From Octopus vulgaris (taxonomy: Eukaryota): a stretch of 64,000 nucleotides of DNA. Below the pieces are notes generated by a model, which was not told the DNA's origin, did no database searches, and saw only the letters and a list, made by a program, of their open reading frames with translations. Positions 1 through 12,246 of the stretch are shown here, piece after piece; position 1 is the stretch's first letter, and each line of letters begins with the position of its first letter. The DNA lies in assembly GCA_951406725.2 (NCBI GenBank), contig OX597818.1:89466001-89530000 (forward strand). Direction: 5' to 3'. Both the position numbers and the translations under genes were made by a program.

Positions 1-87
1 AGTCAGGTACTGGGGTTGGTGTAATCAACTAAACTCACCACCCCAAATTACTGGCCTTGTACCAATAATAGGGAGAATTATTATAAA

Positions 88-410
88 CTAGCTGGCCCCA
101 TGCCATCAAAAATGATGGCTAATTGTAGTATTTTATATGGTAAATCAAATTAATACACTTGTCAATGTTATCTAGTGGTTGTCTTTTGAGATGTGACACT
201 GATTACCATTTGTTACTGGTTTACACATACAAACATTCACATACTTCCCTTGTACACATACACACATATACTCACAGAGTTGAAACGCTGTTTGATTTTT
301 CTTTTCAGCACTGAATGTTCACCATACCACTCCCTTCTTTATTCATCTATCACCCTTTCCTTTCTCATGCATGGAGCCAGCTAGTTGTAAATGTTTCTTC
401 TGCTGAGATT
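88..410 (-). mobile_element. Helitron 3'-end fragment (distal boundary approximate)
   Basis: minus strand gccatca-ttt-tgatggc hairpin followed by CTAG|T at 88-91. Confidence 0.5.
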
Positions 411-2142
411 GACTAAGCTATTCATTCTTTCAAGGTCGATAAAATAAGCACCAGCTGGGCACAGGGGTTGGTGTAATCGACTAGCCCCATGCCCAACAAT
501 TTCAGGCCTTGTACCTATAAGAGAAATAGTCATTATAAATGCTTCTAAGGTAGCAAGATGGTGGAATTATTAACTCATCAGACAAAATGCTCTGCATTAT
601 CTCATCCAGTTTTGAGTGATGGAGAAAAACACGAGTATTATTATAGACAAGCAAAACGCCCCCACCCCCGTCCAATGGACTGTGCTGAGTTGTCAAACAT
701 TTAAACCAAATTTTCTCAAAACAACTTGTCCAACCATCCCATAGGCCTCCCCTCTGAGAAAAACTAATTTAACCTAAATTTGAGACACCAGCAAAAGAAG
801 AAATAAAGATAGACTTCCTTCCTTCATGCCAAGTTTGAAGAAAATATCTCTTTTGCATCTTACTTTTTTGGTCTCTTAAATATACTGCATTTTGTGGCAT
901 TATTTCAAGCCAGCTGGCTTTTTTTGTGCAAACTGCACGTGCATTTTTCTTGCGTACATGTAGTATTGATCGTAACAGCTGATGTACTTGCACATACAAA
1001 TGCACGTTCCCACGGCTTTATCGATCGCATTCTCACCTGGAATCGATTTTTGTAATTTTTTTCAAGACTTATACACGCCCTGATACCGTTGGTATCTACA
1101 TATCAAATTTGAGCGCAATCGGATGGAGGGTGCCCAAGATCCTAGAAGACACACACACAGACAGACAGACAGAACGGATTTTATATAATAGATATTTCTT
1201 GAAGAATCCAAACCTAGTAAAAACAGAGGTTGACAATTGGTTTTGTTCTTAACCAAGCATGCCAAGATTTTAAAAGCATTGGTGCTAGTGTCACGTAAAA
1301 AGCACCCAGTACACTCTGTAAAGTGACTGGCATTAGGAAGAGCATCCAGTCATAGGAACCATGCCAGAACAAACAATGGAGCCTGGTGCGGCCCCTGGCC
1401 TTACCAGCTCCTGTCAAACCATCCAACCCATACCAGCATGGAAAACGGGCATTAAATGATAATATATATGCATCGATACCACATAAAAAGCACCTGTGCC
1501 ACTGCCATGCCAAAATAGACAATTGGTGCCTGGTGTAGCTCCCTGGCTGGTCAGCTCCTGTCAAACTGTCCAGCATATGCCAGATAATGACATCACAGCC
1601 ATTAATTTCTCCTAACATCCATGTCCAATCCGGCATATAAAGTGAGCAGCAGCAATGGCCAATAGCAGTCTGTTTGTATGTGGTCACTCGAGAAGCTAGA
1701 AATAGCAGCCAAATCTCTTTCAACTTATACCTTCTTTCTCAAAAGAAACTGTTGAGTTTTGTAAAAGCTATCACAACCTCATGAGGAAGTAAAAGGATAT
1801 GAAATTGATTTGAGTGGGGCGGGTGTAAAAATGTAGAAAACAATTAAAATTTTCGGAGAAAAATTATTCCAGAATCGTAATTCCTGTTGTACGAAACAAG
1901 AACACTTTATAAACAATCAAACAAAAGCTACTGAATTCTTTTGCCTTCCTCCTTCCTTACGAAGGGCCACGTTCTGGAATAGCTACCACTATCTCATAAA
2001 ACGGTGAAAAAACATGGAACTACGGAAACCGGAGCTAAGAGTTGAAATTTACTGGGTTTTGTTTTTCTTTCAAAATGATAATTACTATTGTGAAACACTG
2101 AAATAGGTTTTAAAAAAATAAAGGAACACCAGAATTCCTTAC

Positions 2143-2221
2143 GCTTTTCATTCCTCGTGAGGTAGTGATGGCTATTCCAAATCTCCGTGGCAAAAGCAGA
2201 CACAACTGGTTGTTGTTGCAT
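2143..2221 (-). CDS. Candidate alternative first coding exon MQQQPVVSAFATEIWNSHHYLTRNEK
   Basis: ATG to donor AAGC|gtaagg, 79 nt, phase 1 like the 2794-2926 exon; unique CpG-containing sequence. Confidence 0.4.
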
Positions 2222-2793
2222 AAGGGATGGTCCACTTTATTTATCAAAGCTGAACTGCAGTGTAACAATAACAAAAACAACAGGACGAAGTTTAGTGTAA
2301 CACTGAAGTGCACCACAAACACAAAACGGCAAGTGCCTTCTACCAAAAGTAACAACAATAATAATGTGTTTATTTGCTGTCATTAAAACGGGGCAATAAA
2401 GTTTAAGTGCATTGCTCAATGGTGATAGAAAATATTAGACAGAAAACGGAGCGCAGTCTCCTAAATACATTTTTCGTTTTTTTTTTATTTTTCATGTGTG
2501 TGTTCTGGATACAAACTGACATAGTGGATATAAGCTGATATAACCTTGACCATATTATCTAAAACAGAGTAGCTGGTCAGCAATGTTGAAGTGTGTCAAA
2601 AGAAAAAAAAATATCATAAACATCCAACACCCTTCTTCCGCCTACACAACATAATACAGTTGTGTTCATATATATATATATATATATATATTCTAAGACG
2701 AATTGGATGAAGGCATGATGTGTTATGAAACAGTGCAAATGATGTTCAAATGTGCTGTTGTAGGCAGTAATATAAAAGGGCGACATTATTTAC

Positions 2794-2926
2794 CTTTAGG
2801 TTTACGACTTTTTGGTTTATCGTCTTGAAGGCTGGTTCGCGGAAGAGAAGCCATGACGGCAGCAGGAGTCTTACTAATAGGAGAGCGAACTTCCAAGGGG
2901 ATTGAACTCGAACTGTCTTCTTCCAT
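2794..2926 (-). CDS. Probable first coding exon of an unidentified gene, MEEDSSSSIPLEVRSPISKTPAAVMASLPRTSLQDDKPKSRKPK(G)
   Basis: aacgATGG Kozak-like start, 44 codons + 1 nt to donor AAAG|gtaaat; GC/CpG-richer unique sequence; TATA-like box upstream; product not recognised. Confidence 0.72.
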
Positions 2927-2977
2927 CGTTAGGCAAAAGAGTTCAAAACAAGTTTAACCTAAGTGCTGTAGTAGGTA

Positions 2978-2985
2978 TTTATATA
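2978..2985 (-). promoter_or_regulatory. Candidate TATA box (cTATATAAAt) for the exon at 2926
   Basis: canonical TATATAAA about 52-59 nt upstream of the ATG; motif alone in AT-rich DNA. Confidence 0.4.
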
Positions 2986-5121
2986 GGCATGTTCTTGTGG
3001 TTGTAAAACGTTCCTCAGCTCATGTGTTCTATTCAAAATGAGAGAACTGAACTCTTCTCACGTCTCATGAATTATTTCACTACTTTTATTAGCTGGTTGT
3101 TGCCATTGTAGACTATCACTAGTTTATTCAAATTCCAGTTGTTTGGCCTTGTTCAGACATACATGCATTTATCTTTTACTTGTTTCAGTCATTAGACTGA
3201 AATTCTTCAAGGCGGTGCTCCAGCATGGGACACTGTCTTGAAGGATTTCTAGCCGATTGAATCGACCCCAATACTTTTTTTGGTTAATGTTTACAACTTG
3301 ACCCGGAAACGAAAATCAGAAAAAAAATAGTGTAACGGGTGTAAAAAAAATGTGTAGGAAACGAATATGAAAAAAAAAAAATGAGCGCAAAGCAACGGGA
3401 GGGTGGCCCTCGTGCTGGTAGCACGTAAAAGCACCCACTACACTCTCGTGGCGTTAAGAAGGACATCCAGCTGTAGAAACTCTGCCAGATCAGATTGGAG
3501 CCTGGTGCAGCCATCTGGTTTGCTGGTCCTCAGTCAAATCATCTAACCCATGCCAGCATGGAAAGCGGACGTTAAACGATGATCATGATGTATGTATATA
3601 TATATTCAATGAGCTTCTTTTCAGTTTCCATCTACCAAATCCACTCACAAAGCTTTGGTCAGCTGAAAGCCATAATAGAAGACGCTTGTCCAGGGTCACT
3701 GAACTCAGAACCATGTAGTAAGGAATCAAACTTCTTACCATACAGCCACACCTGAACTCTTCAAGGTGGTGCCCCAGCATGGCCACAGTTCAATGACTGA
3801 AACAAGTAAAAGATAAAAGAGAAGAGATAAAGTTCTCTTAAGCAAGGTTTTGTAGATATTGTAACAGGATGCAGTCTACTGAGGCATTATACTATAGCCT
3901 GCTATCTACCAGGATGGTTTTACTTTAATATCGGGGAACTGCTTGGAATATTTACACTGAGATGATAAAAAACAAACAAAAACAATTGTATTATAAAATT
4001 TATTACTGGTCACTTCTTATATTAGGATATAAAACGAAATCATTTTGAGTCACATGATTAATTTCAGTGACTTTATTACAAACCTTTTATTACTTACATC
4101 TATAAACCATCATCATCATCATCGTTTAACATCTGCTTTTCATGCTGACATGGGTTTGACGGTTTGACTGAGGGCTGGCAAGCCAGAAGGCTGTACTAGG
4201 CTCCAATTTGATCTGGCAAGGTATCTATAGCTGGATGCCCTTCCTCAATGAAAATACTTAACAGTATTTTGTCTGTCTTCGTGTTCTGAGTTTAGGTTCT
4301 GCAAAAGTCAACTTTGTTTCTTTTTTGTCCTTTTTGGCTCATTAAAATAAATACCAGGTGAGCACTGCAGTCAGCATATTCAATTAGCCTGTCCCCTTAA
4401 AACAGCTGGCCTTGTACCAAAATTTAAAACCATTTTTATTATTGTTGGTGCTGAGCTGGCAGAATTGGTAGCACGTCAGACAAAATGCTTAACAGCATTT
4501 CATTAGTTTTTCTGTTCTGAGTTCAAATTCTGCTGAGGTTAACTTTGCCTTTCTTCCTTTCAGGGCCAATATAATAAGTACTCATTAAGCATTTCAGGCC
4601 TTGTGCCTATAATACAGAGGATTATTTACATTTATATTCGTTAACAATATACGCCTCATTTATCTTTTAGTGATATCACAAGTTAATCGCCTGCAATTTT
4701 TTTAGAACTTTCCAGTAACTATAATCAATGTGTAATTAAAATAGTCTACTGCTAATACTGGTAATCATACATATGTACATGTGTGTATGTATACATGCAT
4801 ACACACACATATATCATCATCATCATCACCACCACCATTATCATTTAATGTCCATTTCCCATGCCGGTATGGGCTGGACAACTTGACAAGAGCTGGCAGG
4901 GCCAGGATCCACACCAGGTTCCATTGTCTGTGTCTATAGCTGGATGACCTTCCTAATGCCAACCATTTTAATGAGTGTACTGGATGTTTTTTTATATGGC
5001 TCCAGCATCCACACTAATGCTTTTTTTACGAGGCACCTCAATTTTAGGATATTAATTCTATTGTGGTGAGCAGGTCTCCTTAAGTACAGCAATTTACTAC
5101 ATATCTCAGGCCACATACAGT

Positions 5122-5970
5122 CAGTTAGTTAGTAAACAAAGAACAAACAATCTGGGTCAGTGAAGATGGGTTGCCTCCGTTAGACCAGTTAGCAGTTCAT
5201 ATTGGCTAAAATGGCAAATGGGGAACCCTGCCCTTAGGTTGCTTCTATCTTGTAAGGACTTTTTGGATCTAATTGATGAATGGGGAATCCCGTGCTTGCA
5301 GCAGGTAGCATTTTAAATTAATGCAGGGAATATAAATCTGGTTCCTGGTTCCTGGGAGTCTTCAAGGATGCCTCTTTACTCAGCTATGCAAAGCTTACAA
5401 TGTTCACTCCTGTTGATCTAGGGTCCCAGCCACTTTAAGATCCTCCACTTTATATCATATGGGATCCCTTCATCTTTCAGGTACCACACATAGATGTGAC
5501 AAATTGTTTTTCCAGAATCCTGAAAGAGGACCTGTGATTGTAGAGGCATTGCTTGAAGGCAGTTCCAGCTAAACTAATATATTTTTGAACTCGAGTGTTG
5601 GGTGTGTTTACATCTTTGGTGCATTTTCCATTGGCTCCAGGCCTGGAAATGTTGCTGTTGCCACTGCTGTTATTGGCGCTGTTATCGGTGCTGTTATTAC
5701 AGAGCATGGATTTGACAATATTGCTGTGGTGAAGGGCAGAGATCCCCGTTCACCATTTTAGCCCATATAAACTGCCAACTAGCTGATCTGAGTGAGATAA
5801 CCTGTCCTCACCAACCTGGATTGTTTATTCTTCATTTACTGACTAACTGGCGCTAATGGATTTATATCTCTGCCGTTTGAAGAGCTATATGGCTTTCACC
5901 ATTAGAATCTGATGAGTCATCCATAGAACTAAGCACTATATGGATGCAAAACCATTGGTCACTCTATGAC
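5122..5970. mobile_element. Penelope-like retroelement relic with inverted terminal segments
   Basis: minus-strand KYISLAGTAFKQCLYNHRSSF resembles the PLE GIY-YIG region (YIG....FK.R..NH..SF); inverted repeat about 5122-5235 / 5732-5850; adjacent hammerhead. Confidence 0.7.
5903..5966 (+). ncRNA. Degenerate hammerhead motif (family 4) next to a Penelope relic
   Basis: tagaat-CTGATGA-gtcatccatag...ctatatggatgc-AAAA-ccattgg-TC-actcta; G12 to A, one stem I mismatch. Confidence 0.65.
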
Positions 5971-6637
5971 TGGACATATCCTTAGCTGCATATATATATA
6001 TATGAGTGGGTGTGTGGTAAGAAGCTTGCTTCCCAACCACATGGTTCTTGGTTCAGTCCCACTGTGTGGCACCTGGGGCAAGTGTCTTCTATTACAGCCT
6101 CAGGTCAACCAAAGCCTTGTGAGTGGATTTGATGGACAGAAGCTGAAAGAAGCTTATCGTATGTGTGTGTGTGTGTATTTGTGTGTCTATGTTTGTCTCC
6201 TCCACACACCTTCGCTTAACAACCACTGTTGGTGTGTTTACGTCCCCGTAACTTAGCAGTTTGGCAAAAGAGACTGATAGAATAAGTATTACGCTCACAA
6301 AGAATAAGTCCTGGGGGGGTCGATTAGTTCGCCTAAAGGTGGTGCTCCAGCATGGCTGCAGTCAAATGACTGAAACAAGTAAAAGAGTAAAGAGTAAGGA
6401 TCACTAAGTCAGAAAAAAAATGCATTCATGTTTTTCTGAATAGAGTGGGTATATTAATCGAAGTATACAGCATTAGGTAACCGGATATAAGATAACAAGG
6501 TAGTTATTTAAATACTCATGAGGTATGCCACTCCCGAAGAGCATGTGTATTCAGATAACCACCGTGTTATCTAATATTAGGTTATCTAACATCTAGTTTG
6601 TTACTGATTGGTAAGACTGGCTGATACAAGTCTATAA

Positions 6638-9062
6638 TCTCTATATATAAAACTGAAATGCGTTTTTACCGCTTGGATTGCTTTCAATGCCACTACATCC
6701 CGTCCAATTCGCTCCAAAATTTACAGGGACATGTAGAATGAGGTGACGATGCTCGTGGGCTACCTTAGAAATCCCTATCTTAAAAGGTGTGGTTGCTAGG
6801 GGCCATCTTCCTCACTCACCTTATTTCCTCCAGTACCCTCTCACTCCTCTTCATTTCACAATTCCACTACCGTTATTTAATGTAAAGTCTTCCTCAAATC
6901 ACTCTCTCGCTATTTCCTCTCTTCCAAGAACATTTTCACTCACTCTTATCTCTTAGCTTCCCATACATTTTACTCATGTATCTATCAGCGTTCATAGACA
7001 GAAACAAATATTACATCGCCATCGCCATCCCATTCTATTGTCTACCTGTCAACACACACACACATATATCTAATATTATATTTTTATTTTTATGTTTTTG
7101 TTTTTGGTTTTTTACTGTTTCATTTCCCTATTAGTGGTTTTATCTCTAATTTAATTTCTACAGCGTGCACACACACACACACACACACACCTATATGTGG
7201 CCCCAGTACACCCGAATGAAATCAGGTTCTCTTCATCAAAATGTGAAAAGGGGTCTACAATTATCATCGCCACAACTTATGTATGTCTTCCTCACTCACT
7301 CACTCTTTTTCCTAATGATAATTATCATCGCCACCACCAACACCACCAACACACAATCATGACAATCTTTCTCTTAAAACAAATCATGTTTACATTGCAA
7401 AATATTTCATTTTCCCGTCCTCTCTTTCATATATCACCTTTTCTTTCTCGAGCTCTCTCCTTTTTCGCCGTCTGAAATTAATTTTACAACGAGTCTATCA
7501 ATGACAGCCGCAAAAGTTTCAATATTCCTACTTCACCTCTTTCAGAAATGCAACAGATATTATTTTTTTTGCCGGGTTAAAGCCCACTACATCCCGTCGG
7601 ATTCACTCCAAAATTTACACCTCTTTCTACCTCTAACTCCCATTCAATTTCTCTTTATCTCCAATCTTAAAGGTAATTATCATCACCACCACCACCACCA
7701 ACACACAATCTGGACAATCTTTCTCTTAAAACAAATCATGTTTACATTGCAACGACGTCTGCCACCTCCGCCATCTCTATTTATTCTGCAAATGACCAGA
7801 ACTCGGGAAACTTGGTTGAGTGTTCTATGGTCTATGACCAGAACTCGGGAAACTTGGTTGAGTGTTCTATGGTCTATGACCAGAACTCGGGAAACTTGCT
7901 TGACTGTTCTATGGTCTATGACCAGAACTCGTAAAACTTGGTTGAGTGTTCTATGGTCTATGACCATAACTTGGGAAACTTGGTTGAGTCCTCATCTTAT
8001 AAAATGTGGCCCCAGTAGACCCAAATGAAATCGGGTTATATTAACCAAAATGTGAAAAGGGGTCTAAATGGGGCTGGAAGGGGATTAAAATTTAAAGGGG
8101 TGGGTGTTTAGCAATTCTCTGTTACATCAAGCTAAAAAATTTGCGCCAGCCTTTAAATCGTCAATGTGTTGCCGTCCATGATGAAGAAGTTTTGAATGCT
8201 TGCCATCGTGAGTCTACTGTCGTGAGAAAGAATCAATTCAAAACTTGGTTTTTAGGGATTTTCTTTTACATCAAGTTCAAAATTTTACGCCAGCCGTTGA
8301 ACTGTCAATACGTTGCTGTCCGTCGTTAAGAAATGCCAGCCATGGTGACTCTACTATCCTCAAATTCTATCACTTCAAACTTTGGTTTCCAATATTTTAT
8401 TATTTTTATTCAGCTCACAAGTTCGTCTGTCCCTTTTAAATGTTAGTGTTTTGCTGTCTGCCTTGAAGCAGACCTTTCCGTTGTTACTGCCTGATATTTA
8501 TGATTGATCTTTCTAAATATTTTATTTCTCTACTTACTCAAGATCTTTTGTTGTTTATAAATGGGAGAGAGATAGATAAAGATAGAGAGTAAGAGAAAGC
8601 GAGGGAGAGTCTGAGAGAAAGGAAGAGTAAGAGAGTGGGAAAGTGAGAGAGAAAGGAGAGAGAAACAAAGAGGGAGAATCATCATCATCATCATCATCAT
8701 CGTTTAACGTCCGTTTTCCGTGCTAGCACAGGTTGGACAGTTTGACAGGGGTCTGGGAAGCCAGGAGGCTGCACCAGGCTCCAGTCTGATCTGGCAGTAT
8801 TTCGACAGGTGGATGCCCTTCCTAACGCCAACCACTCTGTGAGCGTAGTGGGTGCTTTTTTCGTGCCGCCGGCACAGGTGCCAGGGGGTCTGGCAGCGGT
8901 CACGATCGGTTGGTGCTTTTTACGTGCCACCAGCACAGAAGCCAGTCAAGGCGGCGCTGCAATCCGCCACGATCGGATGGTGCTTTTTACGTGCTGAAAG
9001 GAAGCAACAGAAAGTAACAACCACACTCTTACCCGCGTGTATAGCGGGTCACCTTCAGCTAG
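6638..9062 (+). mobile_element. Non-autonomous Helitron with internal minisatellite and nested SINE
   Basis: A|TCtctatatataaa 5' end; 3' hairpin acccgc..gcgggt then CTAG|T. Confidence 0.75.
7792..7989. repeat. 42-bp minisatellite, about 4.7 copies
   Basis: unit atgaccagaactcgggaaacttggttgagtgttctatggtct. Confidence 0.95.
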
Positions 9063-9634
9063 TCTAATCTATAAAATGAAGAAGGCAAATGTTGATACAA
9101 ATTGGATTTTTATGTACAAAGGCATCTAAATGGGGCTGGAAGGGGATTAAAATTTACAGGAGGTGAGAAATTGATTGGGAGACGTTTTGGGGTGCTACAG
9201 TGGTTACTTTGGTGAGTCTACTATCCTGAGATTCTATCCCTTCAAACTTTGGTTTCCAATATTTTTTTAATTTTTATTCAGCTTGCAAGTTCGTCTGTCC
9301 CTTTTAAATGTCAGTGTTTTGCTGTCCACCTTGAAGCAGACCTTTCTGTTGTCACTGCTTGATATTTATGATTGATCTTTCAAAATATTTTCTTTCTCAA
9401 CTTACTCGAGATCTTTTGTTTTTTAGAAATGGAGGAGAGATAGATAGAGAAAGACAGAGAGTAAGAGAAAGCGAGGGAGAGTCAGAGAGAAAAGAAGAGT
9501 AAGAGAGTGGGAAAGTGAGAGAGAAAGGATAGACAAACAAAGAGGGAGAATGTGGCAATAAGAAACAGAAAGGAAGCAACAGAAAGTAACAACCACACCC
9601 TCACCTGTGCGTAGAGCGGGTCACCTTAAGCTAG
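9063..9634 (+). mobile_element. Second, tandem short Helitron copy repeating the same 3' end
   Basis: starts TCtaatctataaaa; repeats about 8340-9062 without the SINE; ends gcgggtcaccttaagCTAG|T. Confidence 0.75.
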
Positions 9635-10163
9635 TATTTTATACTTTGATAATGCATCAAGCTGGCAGGATCATTAGCATGCCAGGCCAAATACTTAGCA
9701 GGGTTATCCAGCTTAATTAATAATCCAGTTCAAATTCCACTAAGGTGGACTTTGCTGTTCATCCTTTCCAGATTAATAAAATAAGTACCAGTCAAATGCC
9801 GGGATCAATGTAAGTGACTTACCACCTCTCCTGAAACTACTGGCCCTGTGCAAAAATTTGAAATGAATATTGTATATTCTGTGTGAGGTGGGGGTTGCAG
9901 GATGTACATTTTGGCATCCAACTATGATAGCTAATTTCCTCATGTGTTTCCTCTTGTCATTGATCAACATGATTTGTCTTCAGCTTGAATATTTTCAGGA
10001 TAATTATTTTAGGCTGTGTGGTAAGTAGCTTGCTTACGAACCACATGATTCCGGGTTCAGTCCCACTTCGTGGCACCTTGAGCAAGTGTCTTCTACTGTT
10101 GCCTCAGGCTGACCAAAGCCTTGTGAGTGGACTTGGTAGATGGAAAACTGAAAGAAGCCTGTC

Positions 10164-10195
<32 letters not shown>

Positions 10196-11733
10196 TCGTG
10201 CGTCTGTGTTTGTCCCCCCTCCAACATCACTTGACAACTGATGCTGGTGTTTTTACGTCCCAGTAACTTAGCAGTTCGGCAAAAGAGACTGATAGAATAA
10301 GTCCTGGGGTCGATTTGCTCGACTAAAGGTCGTGCTCCAACAGGGCCACAGTCAAATGCCTGAAACAAGTGAAAGAGTAAAAAAGTAAAAAAATTCTTTT
10401 ATAAAATCAATTCAGCTGCAGTCTCCATTGATATTCCTTAGTAATTAGGAGAAGAGGTCTTGGCAATGCATATGTAGTACACCATATACTACAGGTGCTG
10501 TTGTCTACAGTACCACAGACTACAGAGGTACTGTTACTGTAGTTCCATATTGTGTGATGTAATGAATTTGGTAGCCAGTTGGTCTACTCTATGGAAATGG
10601 TATTGATGGTCCCTGAGAACGAAAAAAGCTGGCTGTTTATAACTGTTTACATTTCCTTTAATCTTTAGCATCCAGATTACTCTGTCACATACAATGCTTA
10701 TTTAATCACTTTGTTTTGAATTAATCATGCTTTATTTCATAGCTTCAAAATTTTGATAATGTGACTGTTTACTTTTAGAATGACATTGTAGGATAGGTGT
10801 GAGATGCTAGATCTAGCCTGTTTGCAATTTAAAACAGGTAGAATATTTCAGCCAAATATTGCCGGTTTAAAAGCTAAAGGCTAACATGTTTGGAACAGAG
10901 CTTCAGCTTTTCAATAAATGACTAAACTATATAAACATTGCCGGTGGCACATAAAAAGCGCCATTCGAGTGTGATTGTTACCAGCATCGCCTTACTAGCA
11001 TTTGTGCCGGTGGCACGTGAAAAAACATTCAAGCGAGGTCGTTGCCAGTGTAGCTGGACTGGCTCCTGTGCAGGTGGCATGTAAAAAATACCATTTGAGC
11101 ATAGCTGTTGCCAGTACCACCTGACTGGCCCTCGTGTTGGTGGCACGTAAAAGCACCCACTACCCTCTCGTTGTGGTTGGCGTCTGGTTCGCCAGTCCTC
11201 AATCAAATCGTCCAACCCATGCTAGCATGGAAGCGGACGTCAAACGATGATGATGATAATGATTCAAACCAGCATTGTTATTGTTTTAACATCCACTTTT
11301 CCATGCTTGTATGGAAAAATGAATTTTAAAACAATGACGACAATGTCAACGACAACAATGATGATGATGCTGCTGCTACTGCTGCTGCTGCTGATGATGA
11401 TGTCTTTCCAAGGAAAATAATGAAGTGCTTAACCTGAAAGGCAATATTGACCCAAAAGGAAAATTTCTCAATAAAATCTATTTGATTATTTCTTAAAATC
11501 TGGCAGCCAAACAAAGCATGCTTCCTGCTTCTGAAAAGACTCACATAAATTTTAGCAGTATAAATCAATAAGAATATGTTATTATTGTAGCAAAGAAGCT
11601 ATTTCCAGAGAATCAAAGTCATACAGCATTTGTTCCCAAATTGCTGGAACCAAAACATGAAAGATTGAGAACAGCATAATTAAATGGCACTTGATTAAAT
11701 GCTCAAAGTATTGACAGAAATATAATTGATTTA

Positions 11734-12246
11734 CTGTAAATCTTCGAGTATAGTCCGCCCTTGAGTATAATACGCAGGGGATTTTTAGGGGGCTGTACCT
11801 CTGAAAATCCTATACCTTGTGTATAATACGCACCCATTCTCTAACTTGAGTCAAGGAGGTCTATATAACGTCTTTGGTTTGTAAAAATGTATATGGTAAT
11901 GTCCTTTATTATTATTGTATATATAAACATAATGCAAACGTGTAGCTTTTTTGTGCATTTTGTTTGCAGAAAATAAAGAAATAACAGTAATAATGTTTAA
12001 TAAATGTTGCTTGCTGCAAGTTATGGATGATTCTTTTATGACTTCATTGCTTTCAGGCTTAACTTAAGGTATTTTTGCACCCGACATCACAAAATGCGTC
12101 TGAATAAACATTGCCGAACAGCAAATAGAGACTCGGACATTACTTAGAAAATAATTTTCGTTTTTAACCTCGTATATAGTACACACAAGGGATTTTGACC
12201 TTTAAATTTTGGGGAAAAAATGCGGATTATACTTGAGTATTTATGG
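11734..12246. mobile_element. Tc1/mariner-superfamily (Tc2/pogo-like) MITE
   Basis: TA|ctgtaaatcttcgagtatagtccgc ... gcggattatacttgagtatttatgg|TA; subterminal repeats. Confidence 0.8.

Noticed and set aside
1961-2020. Exon candidate tttccgtag|...|gtaagg on the minus strand
   Set aside because: In phase 1, as required by the upstream exons, it hits a stop; no other support
7501-8028. 175-aa ORF with MTRTRETWLSVLWS repeats, and the antisense ORF
   Set aside because: Product of a stop-free 42-bp minisatellite inside a Helitron; no splice or family evidence
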